Below are positions 1-9,077 of a DNA stretch of 64,000 bases, in pieces (position 1 is the stretch's first letter; each line of letters opens with the position of its first letter). The notes beneath the pieces were generated by a model. The model was given only the letters and a program-made list of their open reading frames with translations, did no database searches and was not told the DNA's origin. A program made the position numbers and the translations under genes. This DNA comes from an uncultured Bacteroidota bacterium (GTDB taxonomy: Bacteria > Bacteroidota > Rhodothermia > Rhodothermales > UBA10348): contig CALEEY010000026.1 of NCBI GenBank assembly GCA_937877085.1, positions 5,002-69,001 on the forward strand, written 5' to 3'.

Positions 1-899
1 CTGAGGCTGGAACGGTAGGCATGTTTAGTACTCAAACCCAGCGATTCTTTGGCGGTGGTGGCCGTGGCGAGGAAGCAACGACCTCTTCGGGCGGCGGAGG
101 GAGACGTCCTGCGACCACGGTGGCCACAGCAGACCTCGATTATTATACGACCGTTTCAAAAAAGTATGTGGAAATCACAGGCATCAAGAATGCACCGGCA
201 CTCGCTGCTCCGGCCGGCGCGTTTTTCCAATATGGATATTTCCAATATGGGGTACCGTCCTTCTCAACCCCTGGCTGGGGATTGATGGCTGCCACCCCCG
301 ATTCTTCGAAAGGGGATTCGGGACCCCGTGCAAAAGGTGGGAGTGATGCAGACGAAAAGCCATCCTTCGACAAAAAGCTGGTGAATTGGATGGATGGAGC
401 GAGTGTCGATGGCTTTGTCGCTTGGACGGCCTTCACTCACCCGACCTTAGGGGCCGTCGAAATTGGCGGATTTAAGCCGTATGAAGCCGTGAATCCACCG
501 ATGAGCGTAATTACGGACATGGCTCCGAAGAATGGCGAATTCGCCGTTTATCTGTCCACGCTGTTCGCTGACGTCAAGATTGCTAAAACAGAGGTTATCA
601 ATCATGGGGGCGGCGTTTTTCGCATTAAAGCGGAAGTCGAAAACGCTGGTTTCCTACCAACCTCGACCGCTCATGGAGTAACCTCGCGTTCAGTGAAGCC
701 TACCATGGTTCAGCTTGGCATAGCACCAGAGGCCCTCTTATCTGGTTCGACTAAAACGAGCTTTTTCCAGGCCATGGACGGCTCTGGCACCCGCCAAAAA
801 TTTGAGTGGCTGATTAAAGGAAAGAAAGGTGATGAAATAGAGCTCAAGGTGGCTGCCCAAAAAGGGGGCACCGATACCAAAAAACTTCGTCTCCAATAA
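1..899 (+). CDS. Hypothetical secreted protein, 5'-truncated by the window edge; possibly the C-terminal part of an M14 peptidase paralogue
   Basis: The frame stays open from nt 3 with no upstream stop, so the listed Met at 21 is probably internal. There is a Gly/Ser-rich low-complexity stretch. The C-terminal ~150 aa resemble in layout the C-terminal domain of the adjacent M14 peptidase. Confidence 0.5.
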   Translation, partial: EAGTVGMFSTQTQRFFGGGGRGEEATTSSGGGGRRPATTVATADLDYYTTVSKKYVEITGIKNAPALAAPAGAFFQYGYFQYGVPSFSTPGWGLMAATPDSSKGDSGPRAKGGSDADEKPSFDKKLVNWMDGASVDGFVAWTAFTHPTLGAVEIGGFKPYEAVNPPMSVITDMAPKNGEFAVYLSTLFADVKIAKTEVINHGGGVFRIKAEVENAGFLPTSTAHGVTSRSVKPTMVQLGIAPEALLSGSTKTSFFQAMDGSGTRQKFEWLIKGKKGDEIELKVAAQKGGTDTKKLRLQ

Positions 900-930
900 T
901 CTGCTTCACGCAACATCGCATTTAAACGTC

Positions 931-2703
931 ATGAAACGTTTCTCTACCCTTTTTCTCGCGTGGACCGGCTTGGCACTCGTTGCCGCTTTATCCTCGCCCC
1001 TGGCCGTCGCCCAAAAGGCTTCGGATCCCCAACACAAGCTTCGCCTCGACTTTAATCGCTGGCACGATTACGGCGAGCTCCAACAGGATATGAAAACCAT
1101 GGCCGCTACGTGGCCTGAGTTCTTAACCTACTCGTCGTTGGGTAAAAGCTACGACGGTCGCGACATAACGATGGTCACGATCAATAATCCCAAAACCGGC
1201 CCGGAACTGGAAAAACCAGCCATGTACATTGAGGCCAACGTGCATGGGAATGAAATTCAGGGTTCCGAAGTCTCCTTGTATACCATTTGGTATCTGATGG
1301 AGAACTACGGCAAGATCGAGATGATTACGCGTCTGGTGGACGAGCGGGTGTTTTACATCATCCCAACGGTTAATCCTGATGGGAGGCAATACTTTATGGA
1401 AAACAGCGGCAGTGACTCCCGCACTGGACACGTTCCTGTCGACGAGGATAACGACGGTCTCTATGACGAGGACCCTGCGAATGACCTAAATGGCAACGGA
1501 ATTAGCGATCAAATTCGTAAATACGTCCCCGGAGAAGGCAACTACCGTCTTAACCAGGATGACAAGCGCATTATGGAGCCTGTTCCGGCCGGTGAAAAGG
1601 GCGATTGGATCCTCCTTGGAAGCGAAGGCATTGACGATGATGGCGACGGTCAAATCGACGAAGATGGACCGGGTGGTTACGATCCCAATCGTAACTGGGC
1701 GTCCGACTGGCAGCCTAATTACATACAAGGCGGCTCGATGGACTATCCTTTTCAACTTCCTACGGCCCGCGCCATCAACGAATTCCTAACGTCACATCCC
1801 AACATTGCGGGCGTCCAGTCTTATCACAACAACGGCGGGATGATTCTTCGCGGCCCTGGTGCTGAGTGGCAGGGTACCTATCCGCGTCAGGATATCGCGG
1901 TCTACGATGAAATGGGAAAACAGGGCGAGCGCATGCTTCCCTACTACGATTATATCATTATCTGGAGCGGCCTGTACACCGTACACGGAGGTTTTATTGA
2001 CTGGACCAATGACGGGTTGGGCATTCTTTCGTTCTCGAACGAACTTTGGAACGGCGGGCAATACTTCAACAGTCCGAAGCTTCAAGAGCAACAAAAAGAC
2101 CCAGACAGCCCGATTGCAGGCCAAGCAGGAAGCTATTATTTCGATGACTATCTGCAGTTTGGATCGGAGTATTCCGAATGGACAGAGTTTGACCACCCCG
2201 TTTATGGAAAAGTAGAAATGGGAGGCTGGAGCAAAATGCGCGGCCGGATTCCTCCACGGTTTATGAGTGAGGAGCTATCCCACCGAAATATGGCATTTAC
2301 GCTGTACCAAGCCGATCAAATGCCTAAAATGCAGATTCACAAACCAGTCGTAGAAAAGGTCGCCGAGGACGTCTACCGCGTTCGGGTTGATCTAGAAAAC
2401 GATCGAGTGGCACCGACCATTACGCAACGCGCGGCTGAAAACAATGTAGTGGATCCAGACCTGTTGCTGGTTTCTGGGCGAAATGTTGAAGTCATTTCGG
2501 CCGGCTGGGTCAGCAGCAAATTCCGTCCGGACGCGACGCAGCTCATTGATCAGCATGACCTGAATCGCATCATGATTCGGAATGGGCACCCTGGTCGAAC
2601 CACAAGGACCATTGAATACCTTATTCGCGGTTCTGGAGAGGTAAACATAGCTTACGAGAGCCTAAAAGGCGGTGATGTGAAAACATCGGCTTCGTTAAAA
2701 TAG
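931..2703 (+). CDS. M14 family zinc carboxypeptidase, secreted
   Basis: 590-aa ORF with an N-terminal signal peptide (ALSSPLAVAQ). It has the HGNEIQGSE zinc-binding HxxE motif typical of M14. Asp-rich DxDxDG-like inserts are present (DEDNDGLYDEDPANDLNGNG, IDDDGDGQIDEDG). Confidence 0.8.
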   Translation: MKRFSTLFLAWTGLALVAALSSPLAVAQKASDPQHKLRLDFNRWHDYGELQQDMKTMAATWPEFLTYSSLGKSYDGRDITMVTINNPKTGPELEKPAMYIEANVHGNEIQGSEVSLYTIWYLMENYGKIEMITRLVDERVFYIIPTVNPDGRQYFMENSGSDSRTGHVPVDEDNDGLYDEDPANDLNGNGISDQIRKYVPGEGNYRLNQDDKRIMEPVPAGEKGDWILLGSEGIDDDGDGQIDEDGPGGYDPNRNWASDWQPNYIQGGSMDYPFQLPTARAINEFLTSHPNIAGVQSYHNNGGMILRGPGAEWQGTYPRQDIAVYDEMGKQGERMLPYYDYIIIWSGLYTVHGGFIDWTNDGLGILSFSNELWNGGQYFNSPKLQEQQKDPDSPIAGQAGSYYFDDYLQFGSEYSEWTEFDHPVYGKVEMGGWSKMRGRIPPRFMSEELSHRNMAFTLYQADQMPKMQIHKPVVEKVAEDVYRVRVDLENDRVAPTITQRAAENNVVDPDLLLVSGRNVEVISAGWVSSKFRPDATQLIDQHDLNRIMIRNGHPGRTTRTIEYLIRGSGEVNIAYESLKGGDVKTSASLK

Positions 2704-2740
2704 ACGGAGCGATTCTGCCGTTTTTTTAGAGCGACTAGAA

Positions 2741-2771
2741 GGGGCGGGGCATGCAAAGCATGCCCCGCCCC
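2741..2771. terminator. Bidirectional intrinsic terminator hairpin between convergent genes
   Basis: Perfect 14-bp GC-rich stem GGGGCGGGGCATGC / GCATGCCCCGCCCC with an AAA loop. It is flanked by T-runs on both sides and lies between the stop at 2703 (+) and the stop at 2773 (-). Confidence 0.8.
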
Positions 2772-2772
2772 T

Positions 2773-3624
2773 TTATTTGAAGCTCACGGTAGCCGCCGGA
2801 TTTCCAGGAAGACCGATGTACTGAACCGTGATGCCAAGACCGGATGCTGCGCGTTTTGGAGGAAAGAACCCACCTAAACTCAGTAAATCGCCGGCTTTCA
2901 ACTCAATTCCATCGGCTCGAAGTGCCCGGGCCAACCAGATGGCGGCTTCCATTGGATTACCCATCAAAGCTTGGCCTGTCGTGCGCCCAAGTTCTGTGCT
3001 ATTGCCATCGGTCATAACCACCGACATGGTACCAAGGGTCTCTACAAATGCTTCGGATGTCTCAACTGGTATCCAATCGCCCAAGACACCGCCCCGAAAA
3101 GTAATATTGGCTGCGATTACCTGCATCCCATTGGGATCGCCCATGAGAAGACCATCCGGCAATTCGATGAAAGGGACCACGTAGGAGATGTAGTTCAACG
3201 CTTCTAACGGCGTCGTGGCATCCGCCAAGCCAGGCTCCCCGACCACTACCAAAAAATCGGCTTCATACGACGGATAATTTCCGCTTTCAGGCGAAACTTC
3301 GGCGCCGCTTTTCACCATCCAGACATCGAACATGGCGCCCCAGGCTGGAGCAGAAAGGCCAAACTTCTCTTGTACGGGTAGGGCTGTGAAGCCAGCCTTG
3401 TATCCGATACTGGGTCCCAGGTTTTTTTCAAGTTCACGAATCACTTCTCGTTTGATGGTTTCCGCTTCATCTAGCGAAATATCCTTTCCAAATCCCTCAG
3501 TAGGTCGAAATTCGATGTAATCAGTTACGTATTTCTGGACAGGTGTCTGATTGGGAGCCTGAGTGCAGCCTGAGACCAGGCTGAACACCACTAAGACGAA
3601 GAAGAAACGAGTGCTATTTATCAT
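2773..3624 (-). CDS. Lipoprotein of the 2-keto-4-pentenoate hydratase / 4-oxalocrotonate decarboxylase-like (FAH) family
   Basis: Lipobox signal (FSLVSGCTQ). The stretch GYKAGFTALPVQEKFGLSAPAWGAMFD resembles the MhpD-type G-x-K-x-G-x-T ... Q..LG...P.(F/W)G motif. Confidence 0.5.
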   Translation of the reverse strand: MINSTRFFFVLVVFSLVSGCTQAPNQTPVQKYVTDYIEFRPTEGFGKDISLDEAETIKREVIRELEKNLGPSIGYKAGFTALPVQEKFGLSAPAWGAMFDVWMVKSGAEVSPESGNYPSYEADFLVVVGEPGLADATTPLEALNYISYVVPFIELPDGLLMGDPNGMQVIAANITFRGGVLGDWIPVETSEAFVETLGTMSVVMTDGNSTELGRTTGQALMGNPMEAAIWLARALRADGIELKAGDLLSLGGFFPPKRAASGLGITVQYIGLPGNPAATVSFK

Positions 3625-4174
3625 CGAAACAGGCTTTTAAGAGTGCTTGAACTTTTTCTGGACCCATTTTCCTGAGCAGCGTGATATTCTGTTCGGGAAT
3701 GCGCTCGGGCTCAGGATAGTCGGCGACCGCACTTGAAATACTTCGCTCTCTAAGAATGTGAAGGATGGGAAATGGGGAACGGTTGGTGGCATTGGCCACG
3801 TCATCGGGATCAGCATCGGCAAACTGATAGTGCGGATGAAAGCTGGCTATTTGAAAAACGCCGACCGATCCGCGGTGTTGAAGAAGGGTATCCACCACGT
3901 TCAAAAACTGATTATAGTCACCAAAATCTTCGAGCACCCAAGGATGGATCAGCAACGTGGTGGCCAAGGTCGAATCTCCTTGGAGCAAACTAATTTCCTC
4001 ATCCAGGTCGACAAGAAGGTCCTCCGGAGTTCGAGCTTCGCTCACCATCATCCGTACGCGATCGCTCACCCACTCTTTTCTCGCAAAAGGGCACAAATTT
4101 AGTCCAATAACAATGGTTTCGACCCATTTGATTACTGGCTTGAGGATGTTTTCGTAGTGCAGCGGTTCTTTCAC
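3614..4174 (-). CDS. DUF1415 family protein
   Basis: 186-aa ORF with an N-terminal VIGLNLCPFARKE motif that I recall as characteristic of DUF1415. It overlaps the downstream gene by 11 nt. Confidence 0.5.
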   Translation of the reverse strand: MKEPLHYENILKPVIKWVETIVIGLNLCPFARKEWVSDRVRMMVSEARTPEDLLVDLDEEISLLQGDSTLATTLLIHPWVLEDFGDYNQFLNVVDTLLQHRGSVGVFQIASFHPHYQFADADPDDVANATNRSPFPILHILRERSISSAVADYPEPERIPEQNITLLRKMGPEKVQALLKACFDDK

Positions 4175-4272
4175 TTGATATGAATGGGTGTTACAGCGTC
4201 GTTAAAGAGAGCACATACAATATCCCAACCAATCCGTTCGTTTGGAACGGGAAGGACAACTCTATTTCCGCT

Positions 4273-5271
4273 ATGATACTAAAGATCCCGTGTTTTTTGC
4301 TCTTATTGTTGGCCGGTTCAACCAGCTTAAGAGCCCAAGAAACCCAACTAGACGCCGCAGACAAGATTCGGCTGGTCGAAGCGTTTGAACTCTCCCGCCA
4401 GATGGGAGACTCCGTTTGGGATGGATGGAGTCAGATTCCGTTTACCGTCCTCCTTATAACAGAAAATGCCGAATTTTTGTTTAACCATCCCAACCCGACG
4501 GACGACTTTCAAGATCTTGGATACGATTCCGAGCTGCAGACGAACGTGTATGTTCGGCCTAGTTCCGGCGGCTTCTCCCCTAGTTTTTTGGCCACATTTC
4601 CAGCTATTAATGGGCAGAATACGGTTGTAATGGGGCAACCCGCGGCGACGGGGAAAACCTCGACTTATTGGGTTATTACGGCGCTACATGAGCATTTTCA
4701 TCAACTCCAATTTTCTAGCCCGGATTACTGGAACAAGGTGAGTGCCCTAGATCTAACGGGCGGAGATACTACCGGAATGTGGATGCTCAACTTCCCGTAT
4801 CCGTACGATTCGCCTGGTGTAGTTTCTGCTTACGAAGCATACGAAAACGCTTTAACCGCGGCCGTCTCCGATCCAGTACTTCCTGCTTTTCGGCTTCTAG
4901 AGGCTGCGCGGGTGCAATTGCGCTCGAGCGTGTCAGAAAAGGAGGCCCGGTATCAGGCTTTCCAACTTTGGCAAGAGGGCGTAGCTAGATATACTGAAAT
5001 GTTGGTGGCACAGTGGGCAGGTGAATCTTTCACCCCATCGCAAGCTTTTGCTTCGCTTCCAGACTACGTTTCGTATTCAGAGGCCTATCAAACGCTCACA
5101 GATTCGAACCTTAAGCAGTTGGCTGGGCATTCCATGGCGAGAATTGGCCGCGTGGCATTTTATGCAGCAGGCGCTACGGAAGCGTACCTTTTGGACTTTC
5201 AAAATTCAGCTTGGAAACAGTCGTATTTTGACGACATGCCCAGTCTTGAGGCCCATACCGTAAAGTTTTAG
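4273..5271 (+). CDS. Secreted putative zinc metallopeptidase (Peptidase_MA-like, HExxH)
   Basis: Start moved to the Met at 4273, which gives a clean signal peptide (MILKIPCFLLLLLAGSTSLRAQ). It has an ALHEHFHQL HExxH motif and a downstream WQEGVARYTE motif that looks like the third-ligand segment (EG.A.Y.E) of MA-clan peptidases. Confidence 0.5.
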   Translation: MILKIPCFLLLLLAGSTSLRAQETQLDAADKIRLVEAFELSRQMGDSVWDGWSQIPFTVLLITENAEFLFNHPNPTDDFQDLGYDSELQTNVYVRPSSGGFSPSFLATFPAINGQNTVVMGQPAATGKTSTYWVITALHEHFHQLQFSSPDYWNKVSALDLTGGDTTGMWMLNFPYPYDSPGVVSAYEAYENALTAAVSDPVLPAFRLLEAARVQLRSSVSEKEARYQAFQLWQEGVARYTEMLVAQWAGESFTPSQAFASLPDYVSYSEAYQTLTDSNLKQLAGHSMARIGRVAFYAAGATEAYLLDFQNSAWKQSYFDDMPSLEAHTVKF

Positions 5272-5301
5272 ACACCTTCTAGAGTCTGAAAACCGCCGGG
5301 T

Positions 5302-5790
5302 CTACCCCCAAACGCCTTCAATAATATCGATATCAGGCCTGTACGATTTTTGAAGTCCGTTGAGGAAATTACGCAGGACCTGGTCTTTACATTCTCTGAA
5401 GTGCTTGTGGCCTGGCTTTCTAAAAAATGCGCTCAATTCGTGCTTACTGAGCCAAAAATCGACCGACTGAAGCGTTTCTAAAACATCCTCCGCTTTCAAG
5501 TTCAGGGCTATTCTGAGCTTCATAAAGATGATGTTATTATTCAGCTTAGATTCTGGAACGGGCTGCGGGCCCTCTCTTCTTCCTCTTTTGTCGACGATTA
5601 AACCGTTCAAGAACGTGGCCAATTCAACATCTGTGCATTCCACATAGGCAGCGTCGTCGTCCTTTTTTAGCCAATTGCTAATCTGAGCACGCGATACTTC
5701 AAGCTCTGCGAGGCCGAAAAGCTCGATCATTTTGGTATCGCTAAAGTCAAAGACAAACCGGATTCGGCGCAGGACGTCGTTAGTGGTCAT
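5302..5790 (-). CDS. DUF1456 (YehS-like) protein
   Basis: 162 aa. The N-terminus MTTNDVLRRIRFVFDFSDTKMIELF and a second similar half (IFMKLRIALNLKAEDVLE) match the two-repeat YehS/DUF1456 layout. Confidence 0.65.
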   Translation of the reverse strand: MTTNDVLRRIRFVFDFSDTKMIELFGLAELEVSRAQISNWLKKDDDAAYVECTDVELATFLNGLIVDKRGRREGPQPVPESKLNNNIIFMKLRIALNLKAEDVLETLQSVDFWLSKHELSAFFRKPGHKHFRECKDQVLRNFLNGLQKSYRPDIDIIEGVWG

Positions 5791-5822
5791 AGAGGCATTT
5801 CAGCGTTTCTTGCCGCTGGTGT

Positions 5823-6233
5823 TTATACTATTTGTGCAGCTATTACTTCAATCTCGATCAGGAATCCATGGTGTAGGTCCCTAGTAGGCACAACGGCGCG
5901 GGCCGGCCTATGTTCACCGAATACGCTGGTATAAACGGTATTTACTTGACCCCACAGGTCAATGTTGGCCACATACACCGTTGCTTTGAGGACGTGATTC
6001 AAGTCACTTCCAGACGCTTCGAGGACCGCTTGTACATTTTTGAGGGCCTGCCCTGTCTGTTCTTCAATCGATCCAATTTTCTTTTCACCGGTTACGGGAT
6101 CGATCGGGAGCTGGCCCGACACAAAAACCAGACCGTTGTGGACCATGGCTTGAGAATAGTGGCCCGCAGGAATGGGAGCGTTTTTAGTTGAGACAGAGTT
6201 CATAGCTTTGGATGACTGAAGGGTAATGCTCAA
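5823..6233 (-). CDS. ridA: RidA/YjgF family reactive-intermediate deaminase
   Basis: APIPAGHYSQAMVHNGLVFVSGQLPIDPVTGE and the C-terminal RPARAVVPTRDLHHGFLIEIEVIA are typical RidA motifs. Confidence 0.85.
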   Translation of the reverse strand: MSITLQSSKAMNSVSTKNAPIPAGHYSQAMVHNGLVFVSGQLPIDPVTGEKKIGSIEEQTGQALKNVQAVLEASGSDLNHVLKATVYVANIDLWGQVNTVYTSVFGEHRPARAVVPTRDLHHGFLIEIEVIAAQIV

Positions 6234-7324
6234 GTCGCAGACAACGGACTTTTAGCTTTTCGCGATCTCCACGCGATGACTACCAAAGTAACGAGAGTCA
6301 GCGGGATGGCAAAATACAGCAGGGTGAAACTGAAAAGGGGGAGCGCATCATGTGAGGTGCTGGCCATGGTTAAATAGACCACATAGACCACGTAATAAGC
6401 AAAAAGCACGATTCCTTCCCATCTTGAAATGATTCCACCAGAGAAAAATATGGGGAGGCAGGCAAACGCCACCACGAACATAATGGGCAGATCAAACCCC
6501 GCAAATGAAGCCGTCAAGTCAATCCCAGAGGGGGCCACGAGGCTCGAAAGCCCAAGGACACCCAGAATGTTGAACAGATTGCTACCCACCACATTGCCGA
6601 CAGCAATATCACGCTCTCCTTTAATGGTTGCAACAATGGACGTTACAACCTCTGGAAGTGAGGTCCCAGCAGCAACTATGGTAAGCCCAATAACGATTTC
6701 ACTCACACCAAAAAGGGTCGCAATCCAAACGGCCCCGTCAACCAGCCATTTTGATCCTAGCACGAGTAATCCCAGACCGAGGACTACCAATGCAACATTT
6801 TGAATGAACTTGGGCGGCGCTTTCGTTTCTTCACTGCTAGGTGGTCCATCCATTCCTACGCTGGGCTCAGGCCCGGAATCCGTACGTTTCCCTTGGTAGA
6901 TCAGGAAGACGATATAAGATATTAAACCAGTTAAAAAAACGAGTCCTTCAAGCCAGCTGTAGTGCTGATCTAACCCAAAAAACCAGGCAAGCGCGGATGC
7001 CCCAATCATGAGCGGCACATCCAAACGAATAAGTTGCTGCGAGACCACGAGTGGCGCAATTATAGCAGACACTCCCAATATGAAGAGCACATTGAAAATG
7101 TTGCTCCCAACCACATTTCCCATGGCAATGCCTGCCTGCCCAGCGTTTACAGCATTAACGCTTACCGCCAATTCGGGAGAACTAGTACCAAATGCCACAA
7201 CTGTTAGGCCAACAATCAAAGGCGAAATTCCCCAAGCGGTTGCCATGCGCGAGGCGCCACGGACCAACATATCGGCTCCGAGAATGAGTAGGCCCAATCC
7301 GACAATCATTAGGAAGATTTCCAT
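6230..7324 (-). CDS. Ca2+/Na+ antiporter (CaCA family, YrbG-like)
   Basis: Multi-pass membrane protein with two alpha-repeat signatures (GTSSPELAVS...GNVVGSNIFN and GTSLPEVVTS...GNVVGSNLFN). It overlaps the ridA stop by 4 nt. Confidence 0.85.
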   Translation of the reverse strand: MEIFLMIVGLGLLILGADMLVRGASRMATAWGISPLIVGLTVVAFGTSSPELAVSVNAVNAGQAGIAMGNVVGSNIFNVLFILGVSAIIAPLVVSQQLIRLDVPLMIGASALAWFFGLDQHYSWLEGLVFLTGLISYIVFLIYQGKRTDSGPEPSVGMDGPPSSEETKAPPKFIQNVALVVLGLGLLVLGSKWLVDGAVWIATLFGVSEIVIGLTIVAAGTSLPEVVTSIVATIKGERDIAVGNVVGSNLFNILGVLGLSSLVAPSGIDLTASFAGFDLPIMFVVAFACLPIFFSGGIISRWEGIVLFAYYVVYVVYLTMASTSHDALPLFSFTLLYFAIPLTLVTLVVIAWRSRKAKSPLSAT

Positions 7325-7478
7325 AACAAAGCCAACCTCGTTGACGAACCATGGGGGTTATTTCTTCAACACGTTTCTGATAAATGCATTCAAAAGGTGT
7401 TGATACGGCCTCAGACAGCTACCAATGTACGCTCTGAAACGGAGACAACATCTTCCAGCCCGCGCTGTAATAAATGAA

Positions 7479-7509
7479 AATCGGAGTGGCAAATAATGCC
7501 ACTCCGATT
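7479..7509 (-). terminator. Intrinsic terminator hairpin, minus-strand orientation
   Basis: Perfect 13-bp stem AATCGGAGTGGCA / TGCCACTCCGATT with a 5-nt loop. On the minus strand it is followed by TTTTCATTTATT. Confidence 0.6.
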
Positions 7510-7682
7510 CATCCAATCGACCAGCGATGGTAATAGACAACGATCTGAACTTCGCGTCAACCGTATTTGGTGACCCTACCTAGCCATGTGCGGTTATCGC
7601 CAATCCGAGGGCTATCCCAAAAACACATGTCAGGCACCTTGTCACAAAAAACTGAGGCGCACGCGCGTCAAAATACGCCGAC

Positions 7683-7853
7683 TTAGTTTAGGCTTGCAGT
7701 CGTGTCAACTGGAGCTGCTTCTTCCATTGCAGGCTGCGCGGTCTGCGTGGTGTCAGGAGCAACCGTTTCTTCTTCCATTACTTCAGCTTTGCTGCATGCT
7801 GAAAAAGAAAGAACTAAAAGACAGGCAAGACATAGAGACTTTATGGATTTCAT
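7683..7853 (-). CDS. Small acidic lipoprotein (56 aa), below the ORF-track size cutoff
   Basis: Hand translation gives MKSIKSLCLACLLVLSFSACSKAEVMEEETVAPDTTQTAQPAMEEAAPVDTTASLN*. It has a signal peptide with a lipobox-like SFSAC and an acidic Thr/Pro-rich mature part. Confidence 0.55.
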   Translation of the reverse strand: MKSIKSLCLACLLVLSFSACSKAEVMEEETVAPDTTQTAQPAMEEAAPVDTTASLN

Positions 7854-8048
7854 TGTATTTGGCGAAAATGTGGGTGTGATAGTTTCCGGGCGGACAATAG
7901 TAGATATTATTTTTGAATTTCCAAATACCTCGATTAAGCGTATTTAGAGAAGGTATTTTTTGCAAAGACTTTCATGAGTGCGACCAATCTCTATAAATGG
8001 TCCCTTCAATCCGTCATCCAATATTTTATACACCCCTCGAATGCCGTA

Positions 8049-8069
8049 CATTTTCAACGCTTGAAAATG
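8049..8069. promoter_or_regulatory. 21-nt perfect palindrome upstream of the 8104 gene (candidate operator)
   Basis: CATTTTCAA-CGC-TTGAAAATG lies about 35 nt upstream of the ATG at 8104. Confidence 0.3.
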
Positions 8070-8103
8070 GCCGATTTAGCCTAAAACCAAACCTCCAACC
8101 CCT

Positions 8104-8619
8104 ATGAATCGTTTTTTACTTGTGTTCGGATTTTCTCTGGTAACCCTTTTGGGATGTCAACCTGCTGAAATCGAACCCGTTGCTGCTGTGTCCACGGACT
8201 ATTCCGCAACCCCATCTACCTTAGATGAATTTTGGGTTGAAGCCGCACGAACCGTCGCAGAAGGCGACTTTGATGGATACGCAGCGACGTACCACAAAGA
8301 CGCCGTGCTCGTAAATGGACTCTCAGGTTCAACGTATCCGATTGCTTCAGCTCTTTCCGGTTGGAAAAGCGGATTTGATATGACAGTTGCAGGAAAGCAA
8401 AAATCCAATGTGGAATTTCGGTTTTCTCGGCGTTTATCAGATGCTTCGACAGCGCACGAAACTGGCATTTTCAACTACACGGCCGAGGACTCGACGGGAG
8501 CGGTTTCACAATCCCTCATTCATTTTGAAGGACTGCTAGTCATGCACAACGGTTGGAAGCTAGCAATGGAGTATCAGAAATCGGTTGCCACCCAAGAAGA
8601 ATGGGACGCTCTGCAATAA
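8104..8619 (+). CDS. SnoaL-like / DUF4440 (NTF2 superfamily) lipoprotein
   Basis: Lipobox (TLLGCQP). The AEGDFDGYAATYHKDAVLV segment is typical of NTF2-like DUF4440 proteins. Confidence 0.55.
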   Translation: MNRFLLVFGFSLVTLLGCQPAEIEPVAAVSTDYSATPSTLDEFWVEAARTVAEGDFDGYAATYHKDAVLVNGLSGSTYPIASALSGWKSGFDMTVAGKQKSNVEFRFSRRLSDASTAHETGIFNYTAEDSTGAVSQSLIHFEGLLVMHNGWKLAMEYQKSVATQEEWDALQ

Positions 8620-8686
8620 ACAAGTAGAGACTACCGACCGACTCAACGCATTATTTCACGGCGTCGGATCCCGGCGTCGGAGCCTT

Positions 8687-9070
8687 TCAGTCGTTGGGGA
8701 CTTCCGCGATGCATTCGATTTCAACCATGCAGTCGAGTGGGTTTTCGCGGACGGCCACGGTGCTCCTGGCTGGTTTGTGGCCGTTAAACGCGGCTGCATA
8801 GACCCCGTTCATGCCTTGAAAGTCACGCATACTTCGAAGGAATACGGTCGTTTTAGCCACATTTTGAAGCGTTAAACCAAGACCCCCAAGAACGGCGGTC
8901 ATATTGGCAAACACCTGGGCCGTTTGCTCCTCAATCGTTTCCCCAACCAGTTTCATGGTAACTGGGTCTACGGGCGTTTGACCGGAGCAAAAAACTAAAT
9001 TCCCGACCCTAACGGCATGAGAATAGGGGCCAATGGCTGCTGGGGCATTTTCTATAACAAAAGTCTTCAT
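8687..9070 (-). CDS. RidA/YjgF family protein (second paralogue)
   Basis: Start moved to the Met at 9070 (MKTFVIENAPAAIGPYSHAVRVGNLVFCSGQ). The C-terminal KPARSTVAV...EIECIA motif is present. Confidence 0.85.
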   Translation of the reverse strand: MKTFVIENAPAAIGPYSHAVRVGNLVFCSGQTPVDPVTMKLVGETIEEQTAQVFANMTAVLGGLGLTLQNVAKTTVFLRSMRDFQGMNGVYAAAFNGHKPARSTVAVRENPLDCMVEIECIAEVPND

Positions 9071-9077
9071 ACGTGTA

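Noticed and set aside
7586-7965. Track ORFs 7586-7879 (+), 7702-7947 (+) and 7783-7965 (-)
   Set aside because: They overlap a better-supported 56-aa lipoprotein ORF on the minus strand in another frame. Their products are Cys/Leu/Gln-rich with no signal logic.
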